The notes beneath the pieces are model-generated. The model searched no databases and had not been told where the DNA came from. It saw only the letters and a program-made list of their open reading frames with translations. Made by a program: the position numbers and the translations under genes. A DNA stretch of 64,000 nt from Octopus sinensis. Taxonomy: Eukaryota. Positions 1 to 13,500 of this stretch are shown here, piece by piece (the stretch's first letter is position 1; each line of letters opens with the position of its first letter). Where the stretch lies: NCBI RefSeq assembly GCF_006345805.1, contig NC_043000.1, positions 105,338,001-105,402,000 on the forward strand, given 5' to 3'.

Positions 1-1411
1 GACAAAGTCGACCTCGGCAGAATTTAAACTGAAGCTGATTTTTGCCTTTCTTCCTTCTGGATTCGATAAAGTGTAATACCAGACAAGAACTGATGTTGAT
101 ATAACCGAGTATACTACTCTTTCAAATTCGAGGCCCCGTGCCTTTATTAAAAATCAATAGGTTGGTCGATTGGTCGAACCGTCAGGGCGTCTGTCTTGCG
201 GTATTTCTTCCGTACGTTTACTTTCCGAGTTCTGAATCTTACCGAGGTCAATTTTGGCTTTCATATTTCAGATATTGATAAAACACAATGCCAGCGAAGT
301 ATCAGAATCGATATAATCGACTATACCCATTCTTTCCCTTCCCAGATAATGTTTTGTCAATGCTAAGAAAATAGCATTTCTCAGAGTCTATCCATCTATT
401 GCACTTTTGGGAGTGCCTTTTCATTTTGCCAAACATTAAACGCAGGCTGTGTTGTTTGGTTGTAGTTGCAACCGTTTAGCCTCAGATAAACTCTGATCAA
501 GCTATTCTATGACCGAAAGCATTCCAGTGTGACCATCTTTTTTGGTTTGTTTTTGTTTTCACAGACATAATATATCTAAGATGAAGTTAATCAATGAGAT
601 TTATCTGCTACACCTAGCAGGTCAAGCTACTTCATAGAAGTTCCCGTGTAGTGGTTATTGCTCTGAACTCCCAACTGCACGTAGGTAGTCGGCTGAATAT
701 GTAGGTGGATTAAGATACACCACACATCCTCCTAGTGGAGGACTACACTGTATATTCCGATGTACAGCGATCAATTGCATGAGATGTAATGTGGTTGTCT
801 GGACATAGGGCATATAGTGATCAACTATATGGGGTGTAGCGTTGGTGTCTGGGCATACGTACGACATAGTTATACGAGTGGAGCCTTGGTGTTTGGATAA
901 TTTGCTACACTATCCATTCTATTTCTATGTGTCTGTTATTACTGCTGTTGTTGTTGCTAGATGGGATGCAGTGTTGGTCTCTAGTTTTTCGAAGCATTTC
1001 AGTTAATACCATCCCATCTTTTTTGTGTATCTGAAACTACATTTATCAACATCTCCATTTTTAAGCTTGTAGTGTATAAGTTGAAGGAAATTGGGATGTT
1101 ATTTATGGTAAGCCTAGTAGCCTCGTATACATTCTCTCATTGGCGGTCATATTACGCTGGAAACATTCGCTCTTGACCGCATGTTCACATATTCTGGCGG
1201 TCATCACACTAGAGCTAAGCAAAATGAACTCTCTCCCCAGGATAGCTGGTATATATTTTCGTTATTTTGCTAAATCGTTTTGTTGTTATCTAAATTGGCA
1301 TATCCATTATCAACTAACATTATCATGAAACGAGGGAAATCACTAGACCTACTAGTAGTAGCCGCCACATCTCTCAAATTCTCACTACTGTCTTTGATAA
1401 GGGAAGCAACA

Positions 1412-1590
1412 GCAATGGCCCAGTGGTTAGGGCAGCGGACTCGCGGTCGTAAGAACGCGGTTTCGATTCCCAGACCGGGCGTTGTGAGTGTTTATTGAGC
1501 AAAAACACCCAAGCTCCACAAGGCTCCGGCGGGGAGAGGTGGTGAACCCCGCTGTACTCTTTCACCATAACTTTCTCTCACTCTTTCTTA
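1412..1590 (+). mobile_element. SINE family C, 3'-truncated
   Basis: GCAATGGCCCAGTGGTTAGGGCAGCGGACTCGCGGTCG..GGTTTCGATTCCCAGACCGGGCGTTGTG matches 40070-40230. Confidence 0.8.
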
Positions 1591-1882
1591 CTACTTCTGT
1601 CACAAAGCAAAGGAACCATGGTGTAACCCACTATGGTGTGGTAAACTTTCAGACCCTAGTCTAGATTGCGAATCCTCTGTACCCCAGGATGGTTAAGCTC
1701 TCCACCCGTTAAAAGCCACCGTTTACGGAATGAGGATAACAACGTAGCTTTCACGCCCGTGCAACCGCCAGTCTATCGCGTGTGGTGGGTGGATCTTCAA
1801 GTTGTCACACGCATTCTTAATAGCTTAGAGTAGGCTCGAATTAGAGATTATTCTTTGTGGCTAATGGCGTGAGTCCTGATTG

Positions 1883-1978
1883 GAAGAAGAAGAAGAAGAG
1901 AAGAAGAAGAAGAAGAAGAAGAAGAAGAAGAAGAAGAAGAAGAAGAAGAAGAAGAAGAAGAAGAAGAAGAAGAAGAAG
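1883..1978 (+). repeat. (GAA)n microsatellite
   Basis: Direct reading. Confidence 0.95.
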
Positions 1979-4532
1979 CTGTTTGACAGAGGCTCACTGA
2001 TAAAAATTTCAAAACCTGTAACCCGCAGATATGCCGTTTCTTCTCTTTCTGACGTGTACTGCAACTACAATGACGTCTGCTCCTATAAAGCTGCAACTTA
2101 TTTATGTCAGCCCCACTCCTTTTAGACCCGTTCGTCTCACTCATTTCTCTCCTCGTTTTTATCCTCACTCTTCTCTGAAATACCTTTTTTGTTCCCGGTT
2201 GTCCAACAAGTATCATCTTACAGAAGTTAAAACTAGATATTAACGATATCAATCTCACTAACCTGAGGGAAATAATACAAAGATCCAAATTCCCGCACCT
2301 CTTCCACCTTCTCGTCCTCCTTTTAGCAACTAATGCGAAACCAATGTGAGAAATTATATATGAACACTCAACCATCAAAGAAAATAAAGCCAGTAGTCAA
2401 TGAGTGTTTGCCAGTGTCCCTTATTATAGTCAATGGCAAAAAAAAAAGAAAGCAGGAAAAATGCATTGGCCAATGTAGTCCTAGCCGTGTAAAAATATCG
2501 GATAGACATGACTAGTCATAGACCAAATTACACCCTCGCAGTCTTAAAGAATACATTTGAGAATGTGATCGTGGGTTCCGTGCACATATCAAAGAAGACA
2601 AGATGATCATGGCTGGGCTGTATTTGATCATCGTAGGTTTACTCAATCATGATTGATCTGGTGTTAAACAACCACAAAAGCAATAAGAAAGTGTCCGATA
2701 TCAATTTACTTCTTGGGCCCCTTTTCTCAAGTTTTTGCATATGTAGTGTAGGAAATATCGTCATAAATAAGCAGAATATACGACCATCAACACACGGCAG
2801 ATAAAATGGTGATATATAATATGTAACTGTCAGAGTTACAAAATAACTATTCTGCCTGAAGGAATCATTAACGTTCTGTCGCTCCTTAAATTCATGTACA
2901 AGTTAGGAGTCAGTAACAAGATTTCCTTCCTGGATATTTAATACCCATGTGCGCAAAAGCATTAATCTACCACATAATTCTGTTTACTTTAAAATCAAAA
3001 GTGACTGTTTTCATAACTTCAAGAATATCGTCATAAAATCGCTCTCACTCAGAGCTCACGCAACATATACCAAATTGCACTTACTTGTTTCATGTTGATA
3101 TTAATAGAATAAAGTAAATGGTAGTTGTTGTTTTGTCCCAGATAAAGTTTGTCTTAGTAGATCAACATTGAAACATTCCATTTGTAACCATCCCCCCTAT
3201 TTTTTTTACCCCAGACTGTCTCCAGGGCTACATTACCCAATTTCCTCTTTTCTAAGATTTCAAAAATTTGAGAGAAATTTGGCTGCTATTTCTAGTGGAT
3301 CGATCAAACGACTACATAGAGGTTGTTTAGAAAGCAGAGTGATAGAGAAGTTGACGACAGAGTTGGATGGGCTACTTTTTGTTGGAGAGGACATTCTATT
3401 TTGTACTTTCGTAGACTGAACTACATTACCGTTGAAGGAATGTAGATAGAAGCAAATGATAAGGGTTGGAGTTGGCTCTAGAGAACCCTGTTTGAAGGTA
3501 ACAGAAGGAACATCGATAGGACCTTGTTGAATTCCAGAGATCTTAAAGAGATTTCGCACTTGGCGACTTTATCTATGGAAATAGATTAAAGAGGAATTTT
3601 GTGCGTACAATGTGGAATTGGGAAAAAAACCGAGCTGAAAATGAATCGATCTCCAAGAGGAACAGTTACAAAGACATCTTAAGTGATAAGTAGCGAATAT
3701 AAAAATTGAACCACGTTAGTAGAGACCCTCTTACCAAGGGAATAGAACACCCGACTGTAATTTGGTAGGGGAGACATGATTTGCATAATTGATGATCATC
3801 TTGCCGGTCTGTGCGAACATGGATAAATGTTATGCAGTTGATGTTAGCGGTTTACTATCAATAAGTAAGTAAGCACAAATATGGCTGTGAGGTTAGGAGG
3901 TTTGCGTTGCAAACACGTAGTAGTGGGTTCGATCCCACAGTACATCTCCTGGAACAAGTGCGTCTTTTTGCCTTGAGTTGCCCAAGGTTACAATGTTTCG
4001 AGTAGAAATCGACAGTCAGAAATTGTGCAGAATCACGTTGCGCATAGTCGAATGGTGAAAAGTAGAAATTTATGTACCATAACATTACCAGGCTAGAGAT
4101 GTCATTGTTGTTACTGCAATTAACCCAATGTCAACCCTGACTGTGCAGCCCTATGATCAAAAGCATTTCAACCAACTGTAACCATCCAATGTACAGGAAA
4201 CCATGACCACGCTATCTATTATGCCCTTTGTTAAGACAATTGGCTGTGATTTAAGGAAGATTTTGCTACTATGTCTAGCGTGTCGAGTAAAGATCTGTTG
4301 GTGAAAATTTGCTTGAAAATATAATTTTAAAAATCAGACTAGAAAGAGATCATCATGGAAAGGTAATCTGCTAAAATGTTTTTCAATTTAATGAGGAATA
4401 TATTCCTAATTAAAATGTACCTGTAGATTTGAACGTGAATATATTAATTGCTATTGTATTTCGTCTTCGGAGAAAATTTCTCCCTTCAGACGACATATGT
4501 TGACAACACACTCGAGTAACTGACGGGACAAA

Positions 4533-4588
4533 GAGGCTTTGAGACACCGGTGTTTCGATCTAATTCTGCCTCTCTTCAGTCAAATCTC
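4533..4588 (-). ncRNA. Type I hammerhead ribozyme motif, Penelope-like-element style
   Basis: Minus strand reads GAGAUUUGA-CUGAAGA-GAGGCAGAAUUAGAUC-GAAA-CACCGGUG-UC^UCAAAGCCUC. The core is intact, with a GUC triplet, stem I UUUGA/UCAAA and a palindromic stem III. Stem II has only 2 clear base pairs. Confidence 0.6.
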
Positions 4589-5536
4589 CTTTTGTATCTC
4601 TGAACACAAACAATATTAATGGCTCTTGTTTACTCCATTCAGTAATCAAGGTATTTGCGGATGCCTGCTAATGTATACCAACTGATGTATGCTAAATTAT
4701 TGGTATGCTGTCAACACACATGACCTGAAAGGGGAATTTGTGCATCGCAGGTGAAATATTCTCGTTTAAATCTGCCGGAACGTGTTAAAAACGGGCAAAT
4801 AAACTCTTGTTTTGATTCTCGATGTTTTATGTGTTCATGATAGATTTTCATTTTGTCAGCTGTTGATTAATATTTGTTAATTAAGAACTGTAAGATATAT
4901 TCAAAAACAGTCGTTAATGACTATTTCTGAAATACCAGTCCTCAATGAAGGAATAACATTTCTATTTGTTCTCTGTCATCAACTAAAATCCTCAAGAGTA
5001 AGTCCTATGGCCTGTAGCACCACATTTTCACATAGCAAATTAATTAACTTTCTTTCCATTAACAGATAACGAGGAATGACAAATTCTCCAATTAGCGACC
5101 TTTTATGTACTTAAAATACAATAAACAAATGTGTTGTGTACTTGTCACACAGAAATGCCCTGCATAGTTACACACAAGTATCATTAGAAAGCCACACACA
5201 CACACACACACATACACACACATGAAGATTATGTACCTACATATATTACTTCGACGACTACTGCTACTGCAACTACTACTACTATTAGCAGCAGCAGCAG
5301 CAACAGTAGAGGTAGTAGTAGTAGTAGTAGTAGTTGTTATTGTTGTTGTTGTTGTTGCTGTTGTTTATTTTAACGAACTGTATCGAGTAGTTAAGCCTAC
5401 TTTTTTGAAAAGGGACGTAACTCAATACTTAAAAACGAATATTATTCGCTGTAACGATTACTACCGACACACATGCACACATATACATTCATACATGTGG
5501 TGGGGAATGCGCGTATGTATTTATGTATGCATACTT

Positions 5537-5569
<33 letters not shown>

Positions 5570-6171
5570 TTCACGCAAAAACACACGTATGTGCGTGTTC
5601 TCTTTCAACCCCAGCATGATGTCGTTTGACTGTGCAAGAATATACAATCTTGTCGGTCTATTTAGATTCTTGAAAACATTCAAAATTAAATTCACTGTAA
5701 TATAATCTCCCATAGAGATGAACGGTTGCTTCTTTCCCGTTTCACCGATGTATTTACAAAAGACATTATTTACAGCTTCACTAATTTCAGCCTAAATTTA
5801 ATTATTTATCACTAACCTTTTGCACTGTCAATTTCTTAGATGTAACTCTCAGTCTAATCACAGACAGATACAAATCATATAATAAACCTAATGAAAAAAG
5901 CCACAATTATATTAATATAGACTACTGCGATCCACGAATAGTTTTTCAAAAATCTGAATAATAATATCAGTCAAAGAATCTCTAACAAGCCATCAAATAC
6001 AGCAATTTTCAATACTGTGCCTCATTACCACAAAAATTATCAGAATCTAGTAAGTTTAAAGATAGGATCACGTATATCTACAGTCCTGGGTTGCAGTTGT
6101 TCTAATGTTAAGGAAAAGTGAATAACAAGTAAGCTGTCTAAATTAACTGAGGATAACTACATTTGCATTTA

Positions 6172-7341
6172 GGGTCATCCGGAAAATTCTGAGAAATTTC
6201 GGCAGTTGTTTCTTTGAACGCTCCACATAACATCTGTAATGACGGTACGAATATGTAGGCTTCACTTCCAGCGTGGTTACTGCCAGTTACGTCTCACACC
6301 AAAAGTCAATATATCTCATATTTTTTTCCGTCCTTATCAAAGTCAAGTATGATTAACCAAAAGTTGCATTTTCGGCACGTAACCCTTTCCACCTTTAAAG
6401 GAATGGTGAACACGTTGCAGAAATGTGTAAAACCATTTGTGAAATGTATGGCGAAGGTTCTGAGGGTAAACCAACGGTTTTGAGATAGTTTGCAAAAATT
6501 CAAATGCGTGGATTTCAGTTTACAAGATGTAGGGTTCTCTGGATGATCTTCCCAGTTGTAAGACCATCTTTTGAAGGTAATCATTGAAGCCAACCCCAAA
6601 ATCATGATTTAGTGACACTTAAGTTCGTTTCCTGCTATGATGTATGGGACCCTCAAAACCTGAAAAAAAACTGCATTGGTATTCTATGTGCGATATGCTT
6701 ATAAAACACATTGTAACTGAACTTATTCAAATGATTGGTGATTGGGAATGAAAAATAGATTGTTTAGATAACATAGCGCGGAATCGACCCTGGGGTTTGC
6801 ATGAAGATCCTCCAGAACATCTACCGAACAGAATATCAATGCAAACTATTATACTTTGTGTCTGGCAGGATTTCAAACCATCAATTCTGATGTATACTGC
6901 CACCAGCTTGAGAAACTGAATTTAAAATGTCACCAGATGAGGCCAGAACAAGCCAACTGGAAAGGTGCTGTTCCAACAATACAACGCCAGAGTTAATGTC
7001 TCTTTGACTACCCGTACAATGCTGCATGACATTGGGTGGGATCTCTTACCATAGCATCCTGGCATTGCACCACCTAACTTTCATTTGTTTACGTCCCTGT
7101 AAAATTCCTTGGACAGAAAAATCATCCAGTGATTTAGATACAGTACAAAACCACATTGATAATTTGTTTTCCGCCAAGACAGCACAGTTCTCTGCGGTTA
7201 GAATTTTGATTCTGCTGAATGCATGGACTAAAGTCATTATCAAAAATAAAGGGTAACTTTGTTGAATAAAAATGATTCTAATGCAAATAAATTTGTTTTA
7301 TTTCCCTGCTTCAGAACCACTCAAAACCTTTCCGGGTAACC
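6172..7341 (+). mobile_element. Near full-length decayed mariner transposon
   Basis: Degenerate TIRs between TA dinucleotides (GGGTCATCCGGAAA / GGTTACCCGGAAA). Frame-broken transposase segments include LHFRHV..CKTICEMYGEGS, VIGNEK, TINSDVYCHQLEKL, NAR, GWDLLP..IAPPNFHLF and WTKVI. Confidence 0.85.
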
Positions 7342-8138
7342 TACTACAAATGTTTGTCCCAATCAGTCATGCAGTTATGACGCTATTATCTACGAAACAA
7401 TGTCAATTCCATCTAAGTAAATGCTATATAGGTATAGCAGAATATAAATTTAACTAACTTCTTCACCCAGAGATATAGAAAAGCGGAGGATCAAATACAG
7501 GATCAACTGGAAATTTTTCTAAAGAGAAGTTGAACTGTTGTGTTATGCATATCTGAAAAGAACATCGTCCTCAACAACACTAATATATACGTAAACTTTA
7601 AATGTCATATTGGAGGTCTTTGCCAGATGCCGTCACTTCGTTGAGTATCTACTGAAAAACTTGAAAATTATATCACCATCTGACTGAACACATTAATACT
7701 TAACTATTTATGGGGGTATTCATATCTGTTTTCCCATCTTCTACATTATGAAATGATTGCCGTCACTATGTTTGTGGGTGTATGTGTGTAAGAGAGAAAG
7801 AGAGAGAGAGCATATACACAATGGGCTTTCCTCGAATTATTTCTCATCGAATTCTACTCAGAAAGCATAAGGCAATTTGTGTGTACAGTTGAAGATTCTT
7901 GCCTAGGTTAAGCACACTGTCATCAAATTGGAAACCACACGGCTGAAAAACTTCTTAGCTACACAACTACACACACAAAAATTCTTGAACAAAGTTATCA
8001 GACTTAACAAGTAAATTTTCTCCCGCTATCAAATACTTTCTAACACATCTTTGAAGATTAACAATACAAGCTTCAAATAAATCAGCTATTTACTTTTATA
8101 TATATATACATATACATATACACTTGTATATAAATACT

Positions 8139-8176
<38 letters not shown>

Positions 8177-8399
8177 ATGATTTCTCCAACAGAGGACTCT
8201 GCTATCACAATGCATGCCCCACCAATAGATTTCTTACTTCAGAAATCAAGTTCTTTTAAGAACTTTATAAGTACATAGACTAAGCTTTACAATTTCGGAT
8301 TTCTTAATAAATATATTATTCTGCTAACAACTTCACTTGTCATCTCATTCGTCTATTCTCACGTTAACATACCATCCACATGGGATAAAAGATAATTTA

Positions 8400-8837
8400 A
8401 AATTCATTGAATACTTATGAATATGTTCATACATACACAGGTATATATATATATGCATTCACATATATGCAAGCATCAATTCCTATGTATGTATGTATGT
8501 ATATATGTGCGTGCATGTTCATACATATACATCTCTTTCATACGCACATACACGCACGCATGCCCACACACACGCACACACACATACATGTGTCTCTGAA
8601 TGTGTTCTTGTATTCTTGTCTGTGTGTGTGTGTGTGCCAGTACATTCATGAGAGTCTGTATGCGTAATATATGTATCTTTGCAAGTAGGTATTTAAGTGT
8701 CTACATCAAAGCAATCTGAACAATTTTCCTCCCTTATTGACACTATATCATGTTCTGTTGTAGCACAACATTACATGTTACATAATAGCAATGTCTATTT
8801 TCTTATGCTGCACGTACTACTACTACTACTACTACTA

Positions 8838-8873
<36 letters not shown>

Positions 8874-9312
8874 CGGCAGGTTAACATTTTTAAGCACACA
8901 GCTTCTGCTATTTCAGAGAACAGACATGTATCTCTCGTATTTATGGGATATCCCACACACAAACACGCTCTCACCCGCCCAAAGCACACAGAAACGTACA
9001 TACATTTACATACATATATAAATGTGTTATATGTGTGTACGTGTGTGTGTTGTGTGTGTGTGAAGGTGCGTGTACATATGTACATATACTTATGTGTATA
9101 AGCATACAAATATATATTATATATATTGCTTTCACATCTACGTCACGAGCGCTATATACATCTGTATACCTATATATCTATGTCTCTGCGTATATCTATT
9201 TATCTGTATAGGTGTACATCTATACATCCATATGTCTGTACCTCTATGCATCCATATATCTATATAGTTATATATCTATATATCTATATATCTATATATC
9301 TATGCATCCATA

Positions 9313-9363
<51 letters not shown>

Positions 9364-9416
9364 TATATATATATATATATATACATATAGACGCAATTAC
9401 AGATAGAGAAGAGGAG

Positions 9417-9504
<88 letters not shown>

Positions 9505-9732
9505 ATGATGGATGGATGGATGGATGGTTTAATGCATACATGGTTGAATGAATGGACAGATAAAGAAAGAGGGAAAGAGGGAAAGAGAGAGGGCGAGAGT
9601 TATATATATGTATATCTATACATGTATATATCTATATATCTATATATCTCTACACTTCTATGTCTAAACATCTTTGTATCTATACATTTATACATATATA
9701 TTAATATTTATCTGTGTAGGTGTATATATATA

Positions 9733-9775
<43 letters not shown>

Positions 9776-9818
9776 ATATCTATATATATATATATCTATC
9801 TATATCTATCTATCTATA

Positions 9819-9882
<64 letters not shown>

Positions 9883-9885
9883 AAG
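8400..9885. repeat. Compound microsatellite field: (CTA)n, (TA)n, (CT)n, (GATA)n 9415-9503, (TCTA)n
   Basis: Direct reading. Confidence 0.9.
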
Positions 9886-10129
9886 CTATTACATTCCTTT
9901 AAAATGCTAATGATGTTACCATTTTCTAAACGAACCATCTCTTATTGCAATGTCACCGCAGAAATACTCACCAAAAGACGTCAGTAGAAGAAAATTGGAT
10001 AAAGCTTGTTTCTGGTTTATGTAATTAGTTTGTTTGGGTTGCGGCTTAGGTTACTTCCTTTTAGCTGAATAGGGAAGCGATCTGATAAACTTGGCATTCG
10101 TAATTACTATCTTCGTTAACTGCATCATC

Positions 10130-10604
10130 TTTGTCATCATAGTCGGTGTGATTGCCATTATCGTCGTCGTCGTCGTGATCATCATAATCATCATCGTCGT
10201 CGTCGTCATCAGCAGCAGCAGCATTACCACCACCGCCACCACCACCGCCGCCAGCGCCACCATTGCCACCACCACTATCACAACAACCACCGTTGTTATC
10301 ATCATCATATCATCACCCCCACCCCCATCATCATCATTATCGTCATCGTCATCGTCATCACTATTTCTATCGTCGTCATCATCATCACCATCATAATCAT
10401 CACCGTCAATATCCTCATCATCATCCTCATTACGATCATAATCGTCATAATCCATCATCACCGTCATTATCATCATCATCATTATCATCATCATCGTCAT
10501 TGTCATCGTCTCATCAGCATCATCAGCATCGAGGTCATCATCATCATCGTCTCATTATTATCATCATCATCATCAAAATTATCCTCCTCCTCATCGTCAT
10601 CATC

Positions 10605-10638
<34 letters not shown>

Positions 10639-11832
10639 TCATCATCATCATCATCACCATCATCATCAAAGTCATCATCATCATCACTATCACAATCATT
10701 ATCCTTATTTATCAATATTCACAACCATTGTCGTGGTCGTCATTCTTCATTATCGACAATACCACTATAATCCTATAACCACCTATTTCTTTACCACCCA
10801 CAAGGGGCTAAACACAGAGAGGACAAACAAGGACAGACAAACGGATTAAGTCGATTATATCGACCCCAATGCGTAACTGGTACTTAATTTATCGACCCCG
10901 AAAGGATGAAAGGCAAAGTCGACCTCGGCGGAATTTGAACTCAGAACAAAACGGCAGACGAAATAAGGCTGCGCATTTCGCTCGGCGTGCTAACGTTTCT
11001 GCCAGCTCGCCGCCTTGTAACCACCACCAACCCAATGCCATCGGCGTCACAACTACTACCACCAAAGCTACAGCAACTACTAGCACTACATTTACAACTA
11101 CCACCGTCACTACCGCAACCACTACCACCACTAACACTCTAACCACCACTGCAAACCCTGCACCACTTGTAGCACTACCAGTACCACTGCCAACTACTCA
11201 ACAACCACTAGCCCTACCACTACCACCACCAGAACTACTACCAACTTTACCACCTCAATTATACCACTACTTCTACCGCAACTATTGCTTCCACCACCGC
11301 CGTCTCTACCACCACCATTTCCAGCATCACTACCAGTATCATTACCACCACCGCCGCCATCACCACCGTAACTATTTCTACCACCACTGCGACTACTACC
11401 ACCACTACCATCACCACCGTAACTATTACTACTACCGCTACGACTACTACTACCACCACCACCACCACCACCGTAACTATTACTACCACATATGCTATTA
11501 TCACTGCTAACCTGATGCCTGAGAGAGTAGCCTTGTTTTCTTTCTGTTTCTGAAATAGGAACCCTTAAAGTTTTAGTAATAGGAAACTTATTTCCTACGA
11601 GAGTGAGGTTTCAAACCCGGTTAAAGTATGTGTTCGGGAATGAAGATAAACAAAAAAATTCTTGCCTTTGTTTCCTGTTTTGTTTTGTTGTTGTTTAGAT
11701 AATTTTTTTTTGTTCTTTGTTTTTTGCTTTTTGCATTTTGAAAACGACCGAAGCAACACTAGAGGGTTAATGCGTTGCTATTGCTGTAGTTACTGTTGTT
11801 GTAGCTACTGTTGATGATGGTGGTGGTGGTGG

Positions 11833-11864
<32 letters not shown>

Positions 11865-11989
11865 ATGGTTGAAAATGAGGGTGAAGATATGGTTGGTGAT
11901 GATGATGATGATGATGATGAAGAGGAGGAGGAGGAGTTTGAAAATGAGGGTGAAAATATGGTTGTTGTTGTTGGTGGTGGTGGTGGTGG

Positions 11990-12022
<33 letters not shown>

Positions 12023-12088
12023 GAAGGAGGAGTTTGAGAATGAGGGTGAAAGTATGGTTGGTGGTGGTGGTGGTGGTGGTGGTGGTGG

Positions 12089-12125
<37 letters not shown>
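10130..12125. repeat. Trinucleotide low-complexity fields (CAT/CAC/ACT, then GAT/GGT with a thrice-repeated GAAAATGAGGGTGAA.ATATGGTTG spacer)
   Basis: Direct reading. SINE A interrupts at 10782-11015. The spacer motif occurs near 11870, 11940 and 12036. Confidence 0.9.
10782..11015 (-). mobile_element. tRNA-derived SINE family A, full copy
   Basis: Minus strand GGCGAGCTGGCAGAAACGTTAGCACGCCG..GAGTTCAAATTCCGCCGAGGTCGACTTTGCC..CCCCTTGTGGG.., shared with copies at 30579, 31455, 39624, 40790, 51560 and 53406. Confidence 0.85.
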
Positions 12126-12126
<1 letters not shown>

Positions 12127-12603
12127 TTGCCGTTGTCGTTGATGTTTCTGCTCTTGGAAGCAGTTTTAGAAAAAGCATATAATGTTGCATACATAGTGCG
12201 TCATAATATAGAAGAATGCGTTATAATGTAGTGTAGTGACATCATACTGTAGTTAGAGCATTATAATGTAGCGTAAAACATAACGCAGCAAAGCGTATCT
12301 TAGTGAAGTTTCATGTAGCATAATGTAGTTTAGTGTAGCATAATGCAACGCTGTGTTAATGCAGTAATGCAGCATAATGAAGTATTGTGCAACAGAATGT
12401 AATGTAACACAATATACTATAGTGTATGCGATGTAGAATAATGTAGTGCACCATAATATAACATTGCGTTTCGTAATGTCGTTTACTGTAGCATAATACA
12501 ATGTCTATCGAATTTTAGTGTAGAGTACCTTGACGATGTCTGTCGAATTTTAATGTAGAGTACCTTAACAATGTCTGTCGAATTTTAGTATAGAGTACCT
12601 TAA

Positions 12604-12919
12604 CACGTTAACCACCACATGTACCTCTGGGGGCTCATTGCAAGCGTCACAGAACCGCCATATGTACGGCCAGTGGTATTTGAGAAAATATTTTATTCTC
12701 ATACTTTGAGAAAATATCTTATTCTGTATTTTTGACATGGTTTCGGGGATATTTAAATAGCATGAGCACTAAATATTAAAGTCTACTTTACGAAATATTG
12801 TAAAAAGAAAATGCAAAAATAAATTACATTTCCTAGTAATCAAACAGTATGCAGACTGACTGCGCGAAATACGTGGCATCACCGGTAAGTACCAGTAGCA
12901 AGCCGTGGCGTTTAACGTG
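12604..12919. mobile_element. TTAA-flanked MITE (piggyBac-like)
   Basis: TTAA at 12600-12603 and 12920-12923. Inverted ends CACGTTAAccaCCAC / CACGTTAAacgCCAC. Confidence 0.65.
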
Positions 12920-13157
12920 TTAAAGTAGGTTACTGCAGTATAGTGCAGTGTAATGTGGTGTAGCATAATGCAATATAATATAATGTAATGAAGTGCAGTA
13001 TGACAACTTACAGGAGTATATTATTGAGTATCATAGTGTTGCGTATCATAATGTTGTATAGTGTAGCATAATGCCACTTAACAAAGTATACCGTAATGTA
13101 TAGTAAAGTAGGATAACAGAAATAGCACAGCATCAAGCAAGGAAGTATATCCTAGAG

Positions 13158-13500
13158 GTAATATTTATCCCCTCTTAAACGTGGGTGTTCTGTTAGCACA
13201 AACTTTATTGCGGTAGTTGCCATGAGAGAAACTCTCGCATTGGCTTTTTAGTGCAAAAACATGAATCGCTACTGTTTTTAGGGGGGCGAGTATCCATCAT
13301 AGACAAGACCAAACAAGGTTGAAATCACCTGAATTCGTTGTCTCGGCGCTAGAAGTAGTGGGGATTTTGTCTCCTCGCTAGCGATATAAACAAGTGTTTA
13401 GTTTGCACCAAAAGCCAATGTGAGAATTTCTCTCGTGGCAACTACCTCGGTAAAGTTTGTTCCAATAGAACATCCATGCTTAAGTGGGGATAAATATTAC
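13158..13500. mobile_element. MITE with ~100-bp imperfect terminal inverted repeats
   Basis: GTAATATTTATCCCC..CAAACTTTA..GGTAGTTGCCA.GAGAGAAA.TCTC.CATTGGCTTTT at 13158-13255 is mirrored at 13400-13500. Confidence 0.8.

Noticed and set aside
1848-2378. 176-aa ORF as a gene
   Set aside because: It runs through the (GAA)n array. The rest looks like decayed LINE-like sequence (EKVEEVREF in another frame) without a coherent domain.
5730-5762. CKYIGETG on the minus strand as a GIY-YIG endonuclease remnant
   Set aside because: Only a 6-residue match. The upstream GIY strand and downstream R..EH are absent.
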